From Deferrisomatales bacterium (GTDB taxonomy: Bacteria; Desulfobacterota; Deferrisomatia; Deferrisomatales; JACRMM01): a stretch of DNA of 58,155 nt. Where the stretch lies: positions 1 through 58,155 of the forward strand of contig JAWSUI010000021.1 in NCBI GenBank assembly GCA_033551855.1. Direction: 5' to 3'. Each line of letters starts with the position of its first letter. The first letter of the stretch is position 1. The notes beneath the pieces were generated by a model that was given only the letters and a program-made list of their open reading frames with translations, was not told where the DNA came from and ran no database searches. The position numbers and the translations under genes are program-made. Below, one piece after another: positions 46,587-56,197 of the stretch.

Positions 46587-47603
46587 TCAGGCCTCCTCGA
46601 GCCCCAGGAACCGCCGGGCCAGGGCCCGGGCGATCAGGGGGGCGTTGCCTCCCGCGCGATTGTTGACGATGACGTTGAGCCGCCGGCCTTTCCCAGCCGC
46701 CTCGTGCATGAGGCCCGCTGCGCCGGCCAGCATGCCGGGGTCGAGCATCCCCGGCACCAGACGGTCGAAGGGGTGGGCGGCGGCATAGGCATCCTCGTAC
46801 CGGACGCCCCTCGGCGTCATCAGGCGCACCACCGCCTCCCCGCCGCGATTGAGGAACCGTCTCCCCCCCAGCTCGAACTGGTGCTCCAAGGGGGGAAGCC
46901 ACGTCCAGTGGGAGAGGACCTGGCCGACCCCATGCTTCTCGAGGACCGCGAAGACCGCCGGCGCGAGGTAGGACTCGGTGCGCAGCTCCAGGTGGAAGCG
47001 GCCGTCCGCCGGCACCGACGCGAAGAAGCGGTCCCAGTCCTCGGCCAGCCTCTCGGGGAGGATGCGCTCCGCCTTCCTCTGGTACTCCTGCTCGAGGATG
47101 ACACCGGCCAACGCCTCCCCCAGGAGCTCCGCGGCGGGTTGGAGGAAGCGGTCGGTGAAGAGCTGCGCGTCCAGATACCCCGGGTTGGGGACGAAGGAGC
47201 CGCCGCGTCGGAGCTTCTGGGCGGAGACGGCCTGGGGTGCCTTGAGGAGCAGCCGGGCGCCGCCGGGCAGGTGGCGGCGGTAGGCGGCCAGGGTCCGCAG
47301 GGTCCCGGTGGGCCGGCCGGCGGTGTCCAGGAGGGGCCCGTAGAAGGTGTAGTCGAGCTCCAGGACCGGGAAGTGCTCGAAGTACTCGGCGACACACGCC
47401 ACGGGGAGGACCTCCTCGACGAAGGACCTCCCGGCGATGGTCTTCGAGCGCCGGGTGACCCGAGCGGCGAAGCGTTCGGGGGAGTAGATCTGTCCCAGCC
47501 ACCCGGCGTAGCGGTCGCTGGCGGTTCCGAGGTGGACCAGGGGGTGGAGGCCCCGGAACCGGAAGGACTCCAGGTCCAGGACCTCGGCGGGTGCGCCGGT
47601 CAC
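46587..47603 (-). CDS. DUF72 domain protein
   Basis: LGTASDRYAGWLGQIY, EYFEHFPVLELDYTFY, LKAP, ELR, VRL, IVNNRAGGNAP. Confidence 0.85.
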   Translation of the reverse strand: MTGAPAEVLDLESFRFRGLHPLVHLGTASDRYAGWLGQIYSPERFAARVTRRSKTIAGRSFVEEVLPVACVAEYFEHFPVLELDYTFYGPLLDTAGRPTGTLRTLAAYRRHLPGGARLLLKAPQAVSAQKLRRGGSFVPNPGYLDAQLFTDRFLQPAAELLGEALAGVILEQEYQRKAERILPERLAEDWDRFFASVPADGRFHLELRTESYLAPAVFAVLEKHGVGQVLSHWTWLPPLEHQFELGGRRFLNRGGEAVVRLMTPRGVRYEDAYAAAHPFDRLVPGMLDPGMLAGAAGLMHEAAGKGRRLNVIVNNRAGGNAPLIARALARRFLGLEEA

Positions 47604-48451
47604 GAGAAGCGGTCCAGGGCATGCCCCAGACCCGGGTGCCAGAGGGGTCGCGCGCCGCGGGCCGCCTCCAGTGCCGCCGCCAGGTGGAGGGCGCGCAGGC
47701 CGACCCGGATGCAGCGGCCCTCGGCGGCGCCCCGCTCCTCGGGTGTCGCGAAGGTGCCGTGGGGGCGGGCGGCGTACACGGCGCACACCGCGCCGGCCCG
47801 GAAACCCCGCAGGCTCGCCAGGGTGAAGAGGCACGAGGTCTCCATCTCCATGTTGAGGATGCCCTGGCGGGCCAGGTCGTCCAGGAGCCCCGGGTCGCGG
47901 GGCGGGAAGCCGGGCACGTCCCGGGCCTGCGCCCCGTAGAAACCCGGCGCCGTCGCCGTGATGCCCACGTGGTAGGGGTGGCCCGCCTCGTCCGCCGCCT
48001 GCGCGAGGGCCAGGAGCGCCTCGGGGTGGGCGGCGGCGGGATATCCTTCGCCCACGAACTGGAGCGAGGTGTTCTCCAGGCGGTAGGCGGCGCGGGAGAT
48101 GACCAGCTCTCCGATGCCCAGCTCGGGCCGCAGCCCGCCGCAGGAGCCGCAGCGGATGATCGTCGGGCGTTCGACGAGCCGGCAGAGCTCCACCACGGCG
48201 ATCTCCGTGTTGTCGGGGCCGATCCCGGTCGCCACCACGGATATCCGTCGTCCCTGGTGGAGCCCGGTACGGGTGACGAACTCCCGGTGGCGACGCCGCA
48301 CCTCCACCTCTTCGAAGAGCGCCGCCACCCGGTCCGCCCGGTCCGGGTCCCCCACGAGGAGGATGGCTTCGGCCGCCTCGCCGGGGGCGAGGTCCAGGTG
48401 GTACTGGCGCCCGGGCCCCGCCGTTCCCTGGTGCCCACGGCCCACGGTCAC
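47600..48451 (-). CDS. Nucleoside phosphorylase (uridine phosphorylase family)
   Basis: YHL, LVGDPDRA, HREFVT, TGIG, IIRCGSCG, FYGAQ.R, NMEMETS. Confidence 0.9.
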   Translation of the reverse strand: MTVGRGHQGTAGPGRQYHLDLAPGEAAEAILLVGDPDRADRVAALFEEVEVRRRHREFVTRTGLHQGRRISVVATGIGPDNTEIAVVELCRLVERPTIIRCGSCGGLRPELGIGELVISRAAYRLENTSLQFVGEGYPAAAHPEALLALAQAADEAGHPYHVGITATAPGFYGAQARDVPGFPPRDPGLLDDLARQGILNMEMETSCLFTLASLRGFRAGAVCAVYAARPHGTFATPEERGAAEGRCIRVGLRALHLAAALEAARGARPLWHPGLGHALDRFS

Positions 48452-48885
48452 GGCAGCGGCTCCACCGAGGCGGTGATGGGCCCCTCCGGCGGGCCGGACC
48501 ACCGGACACGGCAGCCTGCCCGGGCGCCTTCCCCGCCCTCCGCGACGGAGGCGCGGACCGTGAAATCCCACCCGAGGGCTGCCTTGATCCCGAAGAGGTG
48601 GACCTTGCTCCGGAAGCCCCGCCCCCGCTCCAGGAAGACCTCGTAGAGGTCCCAGGCGGCGCAGTCGCCGGGCGCCAGCTCCCCCGGGAGGGGGACCTCC
48701 GCATCCAGGATGGGGCCCTCGCCTTGGAGGGCTTCCAGCCGGACCCGGAGACCCGTGACGCTGCGGGGGCCGCCGTTGCAGAGCTCGAGGACGACCCGCT
48801 CGAAGGGGACGCCGGGGTCCGCCTTGGTTGCCAGGTGGCCGGGGGATACCCGGGTGCTCCATGTCAGGCCGGAGGCGTCTTCCAT
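48448..48885 (-). CDS. Hypothetical protein (145 aa)
   Basis: GAGGAGGG RBS; stop overlaps the next start; protein-like composition. Confidence 0.6.
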   Translation of the reverse strand: MEDASGLTWSTRVSPGHLATKADPGVPFERVVLELCNGGPRSVTGLRVRLEALQGEGPILDAEVPLPGELAPGDCAAWDLYEVFLERGRGFRSKVHLFGIKAALGWDFTVRASVAEGGEGARAGCRVRWSGPPEGPITASVEPLP

Positions 48886-49051
48886 TGTGGTTCCCTCCTC
48901 TCGACGGTCCTGTATAGGCCCGAACTCCCGGTGGCGCAACCGGCCCGGGCCGCCCGGACTTGTTGGGCCAGGGGGGTCCGGTATGATGATGATGGTCGGT
49001 ATCCGGGGGCGCCGGCGGGGCCGGTCGCCCAACGGCCGGCGAGGAGGGCGG

Positions 49052-50209
49052 ATGAGCGGTTCAAAGGCCGGAAGGAGGCTGGTCTTCGTGGGCGGCGGGC
49101 ACGCCCACCTCTACTCCCTCAAGCGGGCCGCGGACCTCGTGGGGCAGGGGGCCGAGGTCGTGCTGGTGGCCCCCCAGCGATACCACTACTACTCGGGGAT
49201 GGGGCCGGGGTTCCTGTCCCGGATCTACCGGCCCGAGCAAGTCCGGGTCGACGTCCGCTCTCTGGCCGTTTCCCGGGGGTGCACCTTCGTGGAGGACCGG
49301 GTCGTCTCGGTGGATCCCGGCGCCCGGCTCCTCCTGCTGGAGAGCGGACGGGCGCTGCCCTATGACGCGGTGTCCTTCAACACCGGGAGTCGCGTGCCGG
49401 CCGAGCGCATCCCCGGCGCCGCCGAGGAGGCGACCCCCGTGAAGCCCGTGGAGAACCTGGATCGGGTCCGGGAACGGGTCCTCGACTCCGGACGGGGCCG
49501 GCCGTGCCGGGTGCTGGTGTTGGGTGGGGGGCCGGCGGGGGTCGAGGTGGCGGCGAATCTGTGGCGGCTCGGGCGGACCGAGGGGGTCCCCGCCGAGGTC
49601 ACCGTGTGCGAGGCGGCTCCCCGACTCCTGCCCGGGCTGCCCCCCCGGGCCGGGGAGCTCGCGAGGCGTTCCCTCGAGGGGCGGGGCATCGCGGTCCGCA
49701 CGGGGCTCGCTGCCGCCGGCCTGGAGGCAGGGGTGGCCTCCTTCGAGGGCGGCGACTCCTTCGCCTACGACGTGGCCGTGCTCACGGTGGGGATCGTGCC
49801 CCACGAGCTCTACCGCGACTCCGGGCTGCCGACCGGGGCGGACGGGGGGCTCCTGGTGGACGAGTTCCTGCGGAGCCCGCAGTACCCGGAGGTCTTCGGC
49901 GGGGGGGACTGCGTGTGCTTCTCCCCCCGGGAGCTCCCGCGGGTGGGAGTGTACGCCGTGCGTCAGGGGCCGGTGCTCTTCCGCAACCTCCGGGCGTGCT
50001 TGGGGGCAGGGGCAGCGGTCCCCTTCCGTCCCCAGCGCCGTTTCCTCCTCATCCTCAACCTGGCGGACGGCACCGGCCTGGCCGTGTGGGGTCGCTGGGC
50101 TGCCCGGGGGCGCTGGGCCTTCCGTTGGAAGGACTACCTGGACCGCTCGTTCATGGGCAGGTTCCAGGTCTCGGGGGAGCTCTCCGGACCGGAGGAGGAG
50201 GCGCCTTGA
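49052..50209 (+). CDS. FAD-dependent pyridine nucleotide oxidoreductase (NDH-2-like, resembling the domain found N-terminal to some SelD proteins)
   Basis: LVFVGGGHAH, YYSGMGPG, PVKPVE, GGGPAGVE, FGGGDC, GVYAVRQG, WKDYLDRSFM. Confidence 0.88.
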   Translation: MSGSKAGRRLVFVGGGHAHLYSLKRAADLVGQGAEVVLVAPQRYHYYSGMGPGFLSRIYRPEQVRVDVRSLAVSRGCTFVEDRVVSVDPGARLLLLESGRALPYDAVSFNTGSRVPAERIPGAAEEATPVKPVENLDRVRERVLDSGRGRPCRVLVLGGGPAGVEVAANLWRLGRTEGVPAEVTVCEAAPRLLPGLPPRAGELARRSLEGRGIAVRTGLAAAGLEAGVASFEGGDSFAYDVAVLTVGIVPHELYRDSGLPTGADGGLLVDEFLRSPQYPEVFGGGDCVCFSPRELPRVGVYAVRQGPVLFRNLRACLGAGAAVPFRPQRRFLLILNLADGTGLAVWGRWAARGRWAFRWKDYLDRSFMGRFQVSGELSGPEEEAP

Positions 50210-50797
50210 GATTCCTGGACCCGATGGCGGGGAATCCGGAACCTGGGGGTCGAGGAGGCCCAGCGCTGGATGGCGGAGCGGGGGGAAGGGGGCTACACCC
50301 TCCTCGACGTGCGCCAGCCCCAGGATTACGAAGGGGCGGGGCACATCCCCGGCGCCCTGCTGATCCCCTTGCCGGAGCTCCCGGACCGCCTGGGGAAGCT
50401 CGCCCCCGAGAAGCCCGTACTCGCCTACTGAAAGGCCGGCGGGCGCAGCCGGTCGGCTGCAGGGTTGCTGGGGAGCCACGGGTTCGAGGCCTACTCCCTC
50501 GACGGCGGGATGGACGCCTGGAACGGCCTGGTCTCCCGGGCTGAGGTGGACCAGGGCAAGTGGCTCCTGGACGGGGGGGAGACCCCGGAAGAAGCCCTGG
50601 ACCTGGCCTTGGCCCTCGAGGCGGACTCCCTCGACCTCTACCTGCGCCTGGCCCGGGAGGTGCAGGCGTCGGGAGCGAAGGCCGTCTTCCTGGAGATCGC
50701 GGAGGAGGAGAAGGCCCACCTCCGGCGCCTGGGGGACCTGCGGGGGCGCGGGACGGTCAGCCCGCCGCCGGCCGGGGGCGCCGGCCGCACAGGCTGA
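50206..50797 (+). CDS. Probable selenoprotein: rhodanese domain with Sec at the catalytic position, fused to a rubrerythrin/ferritin-like helix pair
   Basis: LLDVRQPQDYEGAGHIPGA...VLAY-TGA(50429-50431)-KAGGRS...LDGGMDAW is one continuous frame; C-terminal ALEADSLDLY...EEKAHL. The TTG 50206 start needs a 1-nt correction in the G-run near 50229-50232; otherwise the start is ATG 50270. Confidence 0.8.
50445..50460 (+). promoter_or_regulatory. Putative bacterial SECIS apical hairpin
   Basis: GCAGCC-GGTC-GGCTGC, with a G-leading 4-nt loop starting ~19 nt after the in-frame UGA. Confidence 0.7.
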
Positions 50798-51578
50798 TTC
50801 CCACCAGGTAGGCGGTCGCCAGGGCGTAGGCGGCCAGGGTCCCCCAGCCCACCCCCAGCCGGGGGTAGAGCAGCGCCACCGCCGCGCAGTAGATCACCAG
50901 GCTGAAGAGCCCCCGGGGGAGGTTCTTCAGGATGGTGTGCACGTGCTCCGGCCGGTAGCCGTAGTGGATGATCACCAGGAACGGGAGCAGGGTGGTGGGG
51001 AAGGCGGCGAAGAGACCGGCCCACGCCGGCCCCACCCACCGGGCGGAGGCCGTGACCGCGAGCACTACGGCCGCGGCGAAGGCGCCCCGCACGACGGTGG
51101 TCCCGAGTCCGACCCGGGGGCGGGTCGCGATCACCGCGTCCATCACCCGGCGGAAGAGGCGCTCGGAGACGAGGATCGCGCCGGTGGTGATCAGGGCGGC
51201 GGTCCACAGGCCCACCCGCAGCCTTTCGAGGACCAGCACCGCGAGGAGGTAGCCCCCCAGCCCGCCGGCCAGGCCCGCGGCGATGCCCGCGGCAGCCGAG
51301 CGCCCCCCCGCCCAGCTCGCCCCCCGGTGGTAGCCGTACGCGAAGCACAGGATGGCGGTGAGCCCGAGGGTGGAGAACACCGCCGCCCGGGAGGCGAACT
51401 CGGGCCCGAGCTCGTACCCGATGAAGAACAGGGTGAGGGCCGCGCCCAGGGGAAACCCGGAGAACACACCGGCAAACCGGGGGCTCACCCGCTCCGCCAG
51501 GGCGGAGAGTCCCAGCACCATTCCCACCGCGGCCGTGACCTTGACGAGAGCGAGGGGTTCCAGCAATCCGGCCGTCAA
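50757..51578 (-). CDS. Polytopic membrane protein with internal two-fold repeat
   Basis: AERVSPRFAGVFSGFP and ARWVGPAWAGLFAAFP repeats; about 8-9 hydrophobic segments. Start uncertain. Confidence 0.75.
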   Translation of the reverse strand: MTAGLLEPLALVKVTAAVGMVLGLSALAERVSPRFAGVFSGFPLGAALTLFFIGYELGPEFASRAAVFSTLGLTAILCFAYGYHRGASWAGGRSAAAGIAAGLAGGLGGYLLAVLVLERLRVGLWTAALITTGAILVSERLFRRVMDAVIATRPRVGLGTTVVRGAFAAAVVLAVTASARWVGPAWAGLFAAFPTTLLPFLVIIHYGYRPEHVHTILKNLPRGLFSLVIYCAAVALLYPRLGVGWGTLAAYALATAYLVGISLCGRRPRPAAG

Positions 51579-51595
51579 CGGGACGCGCCACTCCC

Positions 51596-52885
51596 TCAGG
51601 GCCCGTACAGCCCGGCCTTGACCGGGAGGTACAGGGAGAGGATGGGCAGCAGGGAGAGCAGCACGAGGACGACCACGTCCATGACCACGTAGGGGATCGC
51701 CTCCTTCGCCACGCCGTCCACGTCGCCGCCCACCAGGTTGGCCGCGGTGAAGAGGTTCACCCCCACCGGGGGCGTGGCCTGGCCGATGGCGAGGGCCGTG
51801 ATGAAGATCACGCCGTACCAGAGGGGGTCCACCCCGAAGGCGGCCAGCACCGGCATGAGGATCGGCATGAGCAGAAAGGAGATCGAGATGGCGTCGAGGA
51901 TCATCCCGAGGGCGAGCAGCAGCAGGTTGACCAGGAGGATCATCACGAAGGGGTTGGGCGCCACCTTCACGATGGCCTCGGCGGCCAGGTCGATCACCCC
52001 GATCACCGATGCGACCCAGGTGAAGATGCCGGCGAAGGCCACGATGAACAGGATCACGCTGGAGGTCACCGCCGAGTCCACCAGGATGTCCACCAGGTCC
52101 CGGAGGGTGATGGACCGGTAGACGACGCGCGCTACGAACAGGCTGTAGAAGACCGCCACCACCGCGGCCTCGGTCGGGGTGAAGATCCCCGAGTAGATGC
52201 CGCCCAGGATGACCACCGGGGTGAGCAGGGCCCAGAAGCTCTTCCGTAGGGCCGTCAGGATCTCCGGGAGGGTGCCCGAGGCCTCCAGCCCCCGGTATCC
52301 CCGGCGCCAGCTGACGAGCCATGCCACCAGGATCGTCCCGATGCCGGTGAGGATGCCGGGGACGATCCCCGCCAGGAAGAGCGCGCTCACCGACACGCCG
52401 GTGATGCTCCCGTAGATGATGAAGGCGATGCTCGGCGGGATGATGATCGAGAGGTCCGAGGCGTTGGCGATGGTGGCCCCGGCGAAGTTCTTGTCGTAGC
52501 CGTGCCGGACCATGGGCGCAAGGAGGATCAGCCCCACAGCCGCCGTCGTGGCCGGCCCCGATCCGGACAGCGCCCCCCAGAACATGCAGGTCAGCACCGA
52601 CACCACGGCCAGGCCGCCGGTCATGCGCCCGACCAGGAGCTCGAAGAACCGGGCGATGGTGGCGGCCAGGCCGGCCCGCTCCAAGATCACCCCCGCCAGC
52701 ACGAAGAACGGGATCGCCAGGAGGGGGAAGGACGCGATCCCGGAGGCGAAGTTCACTCCCAGCATCTCGATGCCGAGATCGAACCAGTAGATGGTCACCA
52801 CGGCTGCCACGCCCAGGGACGTGGCGATGGGGACACCGAGAACCATCAGGACCAGGAAGGTCAGGCCGACGACTGCGAGCTCCAT
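51596..52885 (-). CDS. dctM: TRAP transporter large permease
   Basis: FPLLAIPFFVLAG, GALSGSGPAT, IIIPPSI, GIFTPTEAA, TPPVGVNLF. Confidence 0.93.
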   Translation of the reverse strand: MELAVVGLTFLVLMVLGVPIATSLGVAAVVTIYWFDLGIEMLGVNFASGIASFPLLAIPFFVLAGVILERAGLAATIARFFELLVGRMTGGLAVVSVLTCMFWGALSGSGPATTAAVGLILLAPMVRHGYDKNFAGATIANASDLSIIIPPSIAFIIYGSITGVSVSALFLAGIVPGILTGIGTILVAWLVSWRRGYRGLEASGTLPEILTALRKSFWALLTPVVILGGIYSGIFTPTEAAVVAVFYSLFVARVVYRSITLRDLVDILVDSAVTSSVILFIVAFAGIFTWVASVIGVIDLAAEAIVKVAPNPFVMILLVNLLLLALGMILDAISISFLLMPILMPVLAAFGVDPLWYGVIFITALAIGQATPPVGVNLFTAANLVGGDVDGVAKEAIPYVVMDVVVLVLLSLLPILSLYLPVKAGLYGP

Positions 52886-53379
52886 CAGGCGCCTTCCTGC
52901 AGCTCCAGAGCCCGGAGCCTCAGCCGGGCGCCGCGCCACACGCCCCGGAAGACGAACAGGGAGCAGACCGGCACGCCCAGGTAATAGATCCAGACGGGGA
53001 GGCCGAGGGCCGGGCTGCGGGCGTGAAACAGGGTGATCTCGTCGTGGATGGCCTCCAGCATGTAGAGGCCGACGAGGAGGAAGAGCCCGGCGCTGAGGGT
53101 GGCGCTCAGGAGCACCGAGGCCTTCTTGAGGCGCCGGGGAAACAGGTTGTAGAAGGTCACCATGCCCAGGTGCCCGCCCCGCTCGAAGGCGATCCCGCCT
53201 CCGATCACGGTCAGCCAGACGAAGAGGTTGATGGTGAGCTCCTCGGTGGCGGCGAAGGAGAAGTGGAAGAAGTAGCGGCTGACCACGTTCAGGAACGCGA
53301 TCAGCGCCATGACGAACAGGATCGCCGCGGCCAGGAGGTGGTCGGGCCGCAGGGGACCCTTCTCTGCAGCGCTCATCAA
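52885..53379 (-). CDS. dctQ: TRAP transporter small permease
   Basis: NVVSRY...TEEL...FVWL...GGHLG; four TM helices. Confidence 0.9.
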   Translation of the reverse strand: MMSAAEKGPLRPDHLLAAAILFVMALIAFLNVVSRYFFHFSFAATEELTINLFVWLTVIGGGIAFERGGHLGMVTFYNLFPRRLKKASVLLSATLSAGLFLLVGLYMLEAIHDEITLFHARSPALGLPVWIYYLGVPVCSLFVFRGVWRGARLRLRALELQEGA

Positions 53380-53395
53380 ACCCCACGCAACGAAG

Positions 53396-53429
53396 CGGCC
53401 CCTGAAGAGGTTTCGCCCTTCAGGGGCCG
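53396..53429. other. Intercistronic stem-loop between dctP and dctQ
   Basis: CGGCCCCTGAAG / CTTCAGGGGCCG form a perfect 12-bp stem. Confidence 0.7.
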
Positions 53430-53443
53430 AGACGCGACCCGGC

Positions 53444-54520
53444 TCAGATGCCCATGTCGGCCTTGGCGGCCTCGAAGACCTCCGTGCCGATCTCCCGGGA
53501 CCACTTGTCGAAGACGGCCTTGGTGGCGGCCTTGAAGGCCTCGACCTGCCCGTCGTCGAGGAACTGCACCGTCACTCCCTTCTCCTCCAGCCACCGCACC
53601 GGGTCGGGCACCTCCATCTCGAAGCCGAACTCGTTCTTCAGGATGTCGAGAGACGTGGTCCCGTCCAGGCCGGCCCGGCACAGGGCGATCTCGAAGCGGC
53701 CCGCCTCCTGGGCAGCCTCGAGGATCCCCTTCCGGATGTCCTCCGGGAAGGCGTTCCACTGGTCCTGGTTCCAGTAGATGATCAGGGGGTCCACTAGGTA
53801 GTTCCAGAAGGTCGCGTGCTTGTGGTACTGGTGCACCTGGAGCGGCACGATCACGCCCACCGGGTTCTCCTGGCCGTCCACGACCCCCTGCTGGAACCCC
53901 GCCACCGCGTCCCCCCAGTTCATGTTGATCGGGTCGGCCCCCAGGGCCCGGAACGTGTCGACGAACAGCGGGCTCCCCACCACGCGAATGCGCAGGCCCT
54001 TCAGGTCCTCGGGGGTGAGCACCGGCCGCTTGCTGTTGGTCAGCTGGCGAAACCCGTTCTCCCCCCAGGCCAGCGGCTTGAGCCCCTTCTTCTCCATGGC
54101 CGCGAAGACCATCTCCCCGGACCTTCCGGCCTTCATCTTGTCCAGGTTCTCGAAGGTGTTCACGAAGAACGGGAGGTGAAAGACGTTGGCCTCGGGAAAG
54201 ACCGGGGAGATGTTGATGGTGGACTCCATGGCGCAGTCGATGACGCCCTTGGCGACCATCTGGGCGGCGTTGAGCTGGGCGCCTTTGAGGAGCGCGCTGC
54301 CGTAGTAGGGCTTGACGTTGATCCGCCCGCCGGTCTTCTCCGCCACCAACTCGGCGAACTTCGCGGAGCCCATGCCCCAGTAGAAGGCCGGACCGACGTT
54401 GAGCTGCAGCTTGTACTCGCTCTTGAAGTCCTGGGCGCTCGCCTGGGTGAGAGAGCCCACGGCCAGGAGGGCGGCCGCCGCAACCGCGGCTGCGCCGTTG
54501 AGCCATCGGGGTGCCTTCAT
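53444..54520 (-). CDS. dctP: TRAP substrate-binding protein
   Basis: AAGGAGG RBS; signal peptide; WGENGFRQLTN; DLKGLRIRV; QQGVVDGQENP. Confidence 0.93.
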   Translation of the reverse strand: MKAPRWLNGAAAVAAAALLAVGSLTQASAQDFKSEYKLQLNVGPAFYWGMGSAKFAELVAEKTGGRINVKPYYGSALLKGAQLNAAQMVAKGVIDCAMESTINISPVFPEANVFHLPFFVNTFENLDKMKAGRSGEMVFAAMEKKGLKPLAWGENGFRQLTNSKRPVLTPEDLKGLRIRVVGSPLFVDTFRALGADPINMNWGDAVAGFQQGVVDGQENPVGVIVPLQVHQYHKHATFWNYLVDPLIIYWNQDQWNAFPEDIRKGILEAAQEAGRFEIALCRAGLDGTTSLDILKNEFGFEMEVPDPVRWLEEKGVTVQFLDDGQVEAFKAATKAVFDKWSREIGTEVFEAAKADMGI

Positions 54521-54735
54521 GGGGGCCTCCTTTCGTCGGGGGGGTGCGGGAGGGACAGGAAAACGAGGTGGCCGGACGGGCGCTACGCATACCACCATGC
54601 TGCCCCGGGAGCAAGGGCCGATGCCCCGCGGGGAACGGCCGCCTCGGAGGTGGGCGGGGGCGGGGACCGTCTCGCCTTCGTCGCGGGTTTGGCCTGGGGG
54701 CACCCCGTGGCTACAATGGGGGTGGAGGTGTCGTC

Positions 54736-55326
54736 ATGGCGGTCCCCGTTCCCCGGGTCTTTATGGTGCTGCTCCTGGCCACGGCGCCCGTTCTCGTCGG
54801 GTGGACCCACCCCCTGTCCCGGAGCGCCTTCTTCTCCGTGAATCCCCACGTGAGCTACTCACAGGTGGGGGCCGACCCGGAGGCGTTCGTCGGCACGACC
54901 CTCATGCTGGCGGGCCGCATCGAGGCCCACAGGCGGGGAGCGCAGGGGACGGAGCTCGAGATCCTGTGTTATTCCCGGAACCGGGACGATCGCCCGGTGG
55001 CCCGGGACGAGGAGTGCGGGAGCTTTCTGGCTCGGACGGGCGTCCTCCTCGACCCCGAGGGGTTTGCCCGCGAGCGGCTGGTCACCCTGACGGGGGTGGT
55101 GCGGGGGAGCGAGGTCCGCGCCGTGGAGGGGACGCCGTACGCGTATCCCGTCTTCGAGGTGGGGGAGATCCACCTCTGGCCCCTGCCTCGGGAACCCCGG
55201 CCGCGGCCGCGGTACCGGGACCCGTACTGGGATCCCTTCTGGGACCCCTGGTGCGACCCCTTCCACCGGCGCTACGATCCCTGGCGGCGCTACGATCCCT
55301 GGCGGCGCTGCCGCTATCGCTGGTAG
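54736..55326 (+). CDS. Slp family outer-membrane lipoprotein-like protein (lipobox Cys replaced by Trp)
   Basis: G.I...TELEI...GSFLA...LDP..F...RLVTLTG.V.G...Y.YPV.....IHLW; aromatic DP(Y/F/W) repeat tail. Confidence 0.8.
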   Translation: MAVPVPRVFMVLLLATAPVLVGWTHPLSRSAFFSVNPHVSYSQVGADPEAFVGTTLMLAGRIEAHRRGAQGTELEILCYSRNRDDRPVARDEECGSFLARTGVLLDPEGFARERLVTLTGVVRGSEVRAVEGTPYAYPVFEVGEIHLWPLPREPRPRPRYRDPYWDPFWDPWCDPFHRRYDPWRRYDPWRRCRYRW

Positions 55327-55451
55327 GGGCAGCGGGCGCCCCGCCCGTGCCCCGGGCTCGGAGTCTGTGCAATATCTGCTGCACGACCGGATTGTTTCGT
55401 CGCGCACTCCGGCCTGCTCGCGACGATTCTTTCACAAGGTTCTTCCCGTAA

Positions 55452-55608
55452 ACGACCGGGTGGGCCCGCCCCCTCCGGCGTACAATGCCGGGCTGTACGG
55501 TAGGTGCGCTCCCGCGCCGCATCCGGAATGCTCGCGGCATCACGGCTCCCGAAGCGGCGGCTCCCGTCGAGCGGCCGTCCGCCTGCGTGGCCGGGCCCAC
55601 CCGGTCGT
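55452..55608. repeat. Perfect 17-bp inverted repeat enclosing 123 bp
   Basis: ACGACCGGGTGGGCCCG (55452-55468) and CGGGCCCACCCGGTCGT (55592-55608). Confidence 0.85.
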
Positions 55609-55658
55609 CCCTGGACACGAGTACCCGGTCAATTCCCGGATGAACCTCTCCCAAACTC

Positions 55659-56069
55659 TCAAGGACGCCCGCCTGCCTGCCGGAGATACTCCCCCAGCGG
55701 GGCGTCGGCGGCGATCTCGTGGTGCGAGAGCCAACGCAGGATCCACCCGTGGATCTCGGTCACCACGCCGGGAGTATCCGGGTCGAGGGAGAAGACCTCC
55801 TCCCGTGCGGCGAGCTCCGCGCGAAAGGCCTCGTGCCTGGCCTGGTGCTCCGCACGGTCCGGGTACCCGTGGCGGGCCATCAGCTCCTCCTCCGCGGCGA
55901 AGTGCTCGTCGGCGTGGAGCCGCAGAAACCGCAGCAGCTCGGCCAGGCGCTCCCGGCCGCGCCCCCGTTTCATCGCGAGGCCCAGCTCCCCGAGCTGCTC
56001 GACGAGTTCCCGGTGACCCTCGTCGATCTCCTGGACCCCCACCCCCATCAGCGGGCTCCACTCCGGCAT
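55659..56069 (-). CDS. Bacteriohemerythrin
   Basis: W...GV.EIDEGH, HFAAEEELM, YP...H...H, WL..H...D; GAGGAGG RBS. Confidence 0.9.
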   Translation of the reverse strand: MPEWSPLMGVGVQEIDEGHRELVEQLGELGLAMKRGRGRERLAELLRFLRLHADEHFAAEEELMARHGYPDRAEHQARHEAFRAELAAREEVFSLDPDTPGVVTEIHGWILRWLSHHEIAADAPLGEYLRQAGGRP

Positions 56070-56197
56070 CGCGGACCTCCTCTTTCGACACCTTCCGGAT
56101 GCACAGGATAACCGAAGGCCGGGGGAAAGGGCAGGCGGTCCGAGGGGCGGAGGAGCGCGACGTCCTGCTATACTCCCGCTCCGGGGAGGGACCAGCC

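Noticed and set aside
44848..48438. 1196-aa minus-strand ORF
   Set aside because: An Arg/Pro-rich off-frame reading across several real genes and the tandem repeat.
50207..50209. Second selenocysteine at the flavoprotein stop
   Set aside because: It is in frame with the rhodanese, but not at a conserved Cys position. No clear SECIS follows, and a strong RBS precedes TTG 50206, so a separate start is more parsimonious.
55452..55608. 6S or SRP RNA
   Set aside because: There is no SRP GGAA-loop motif, the core does not form an obvious long rod, and the usual 6S gene context is absent.
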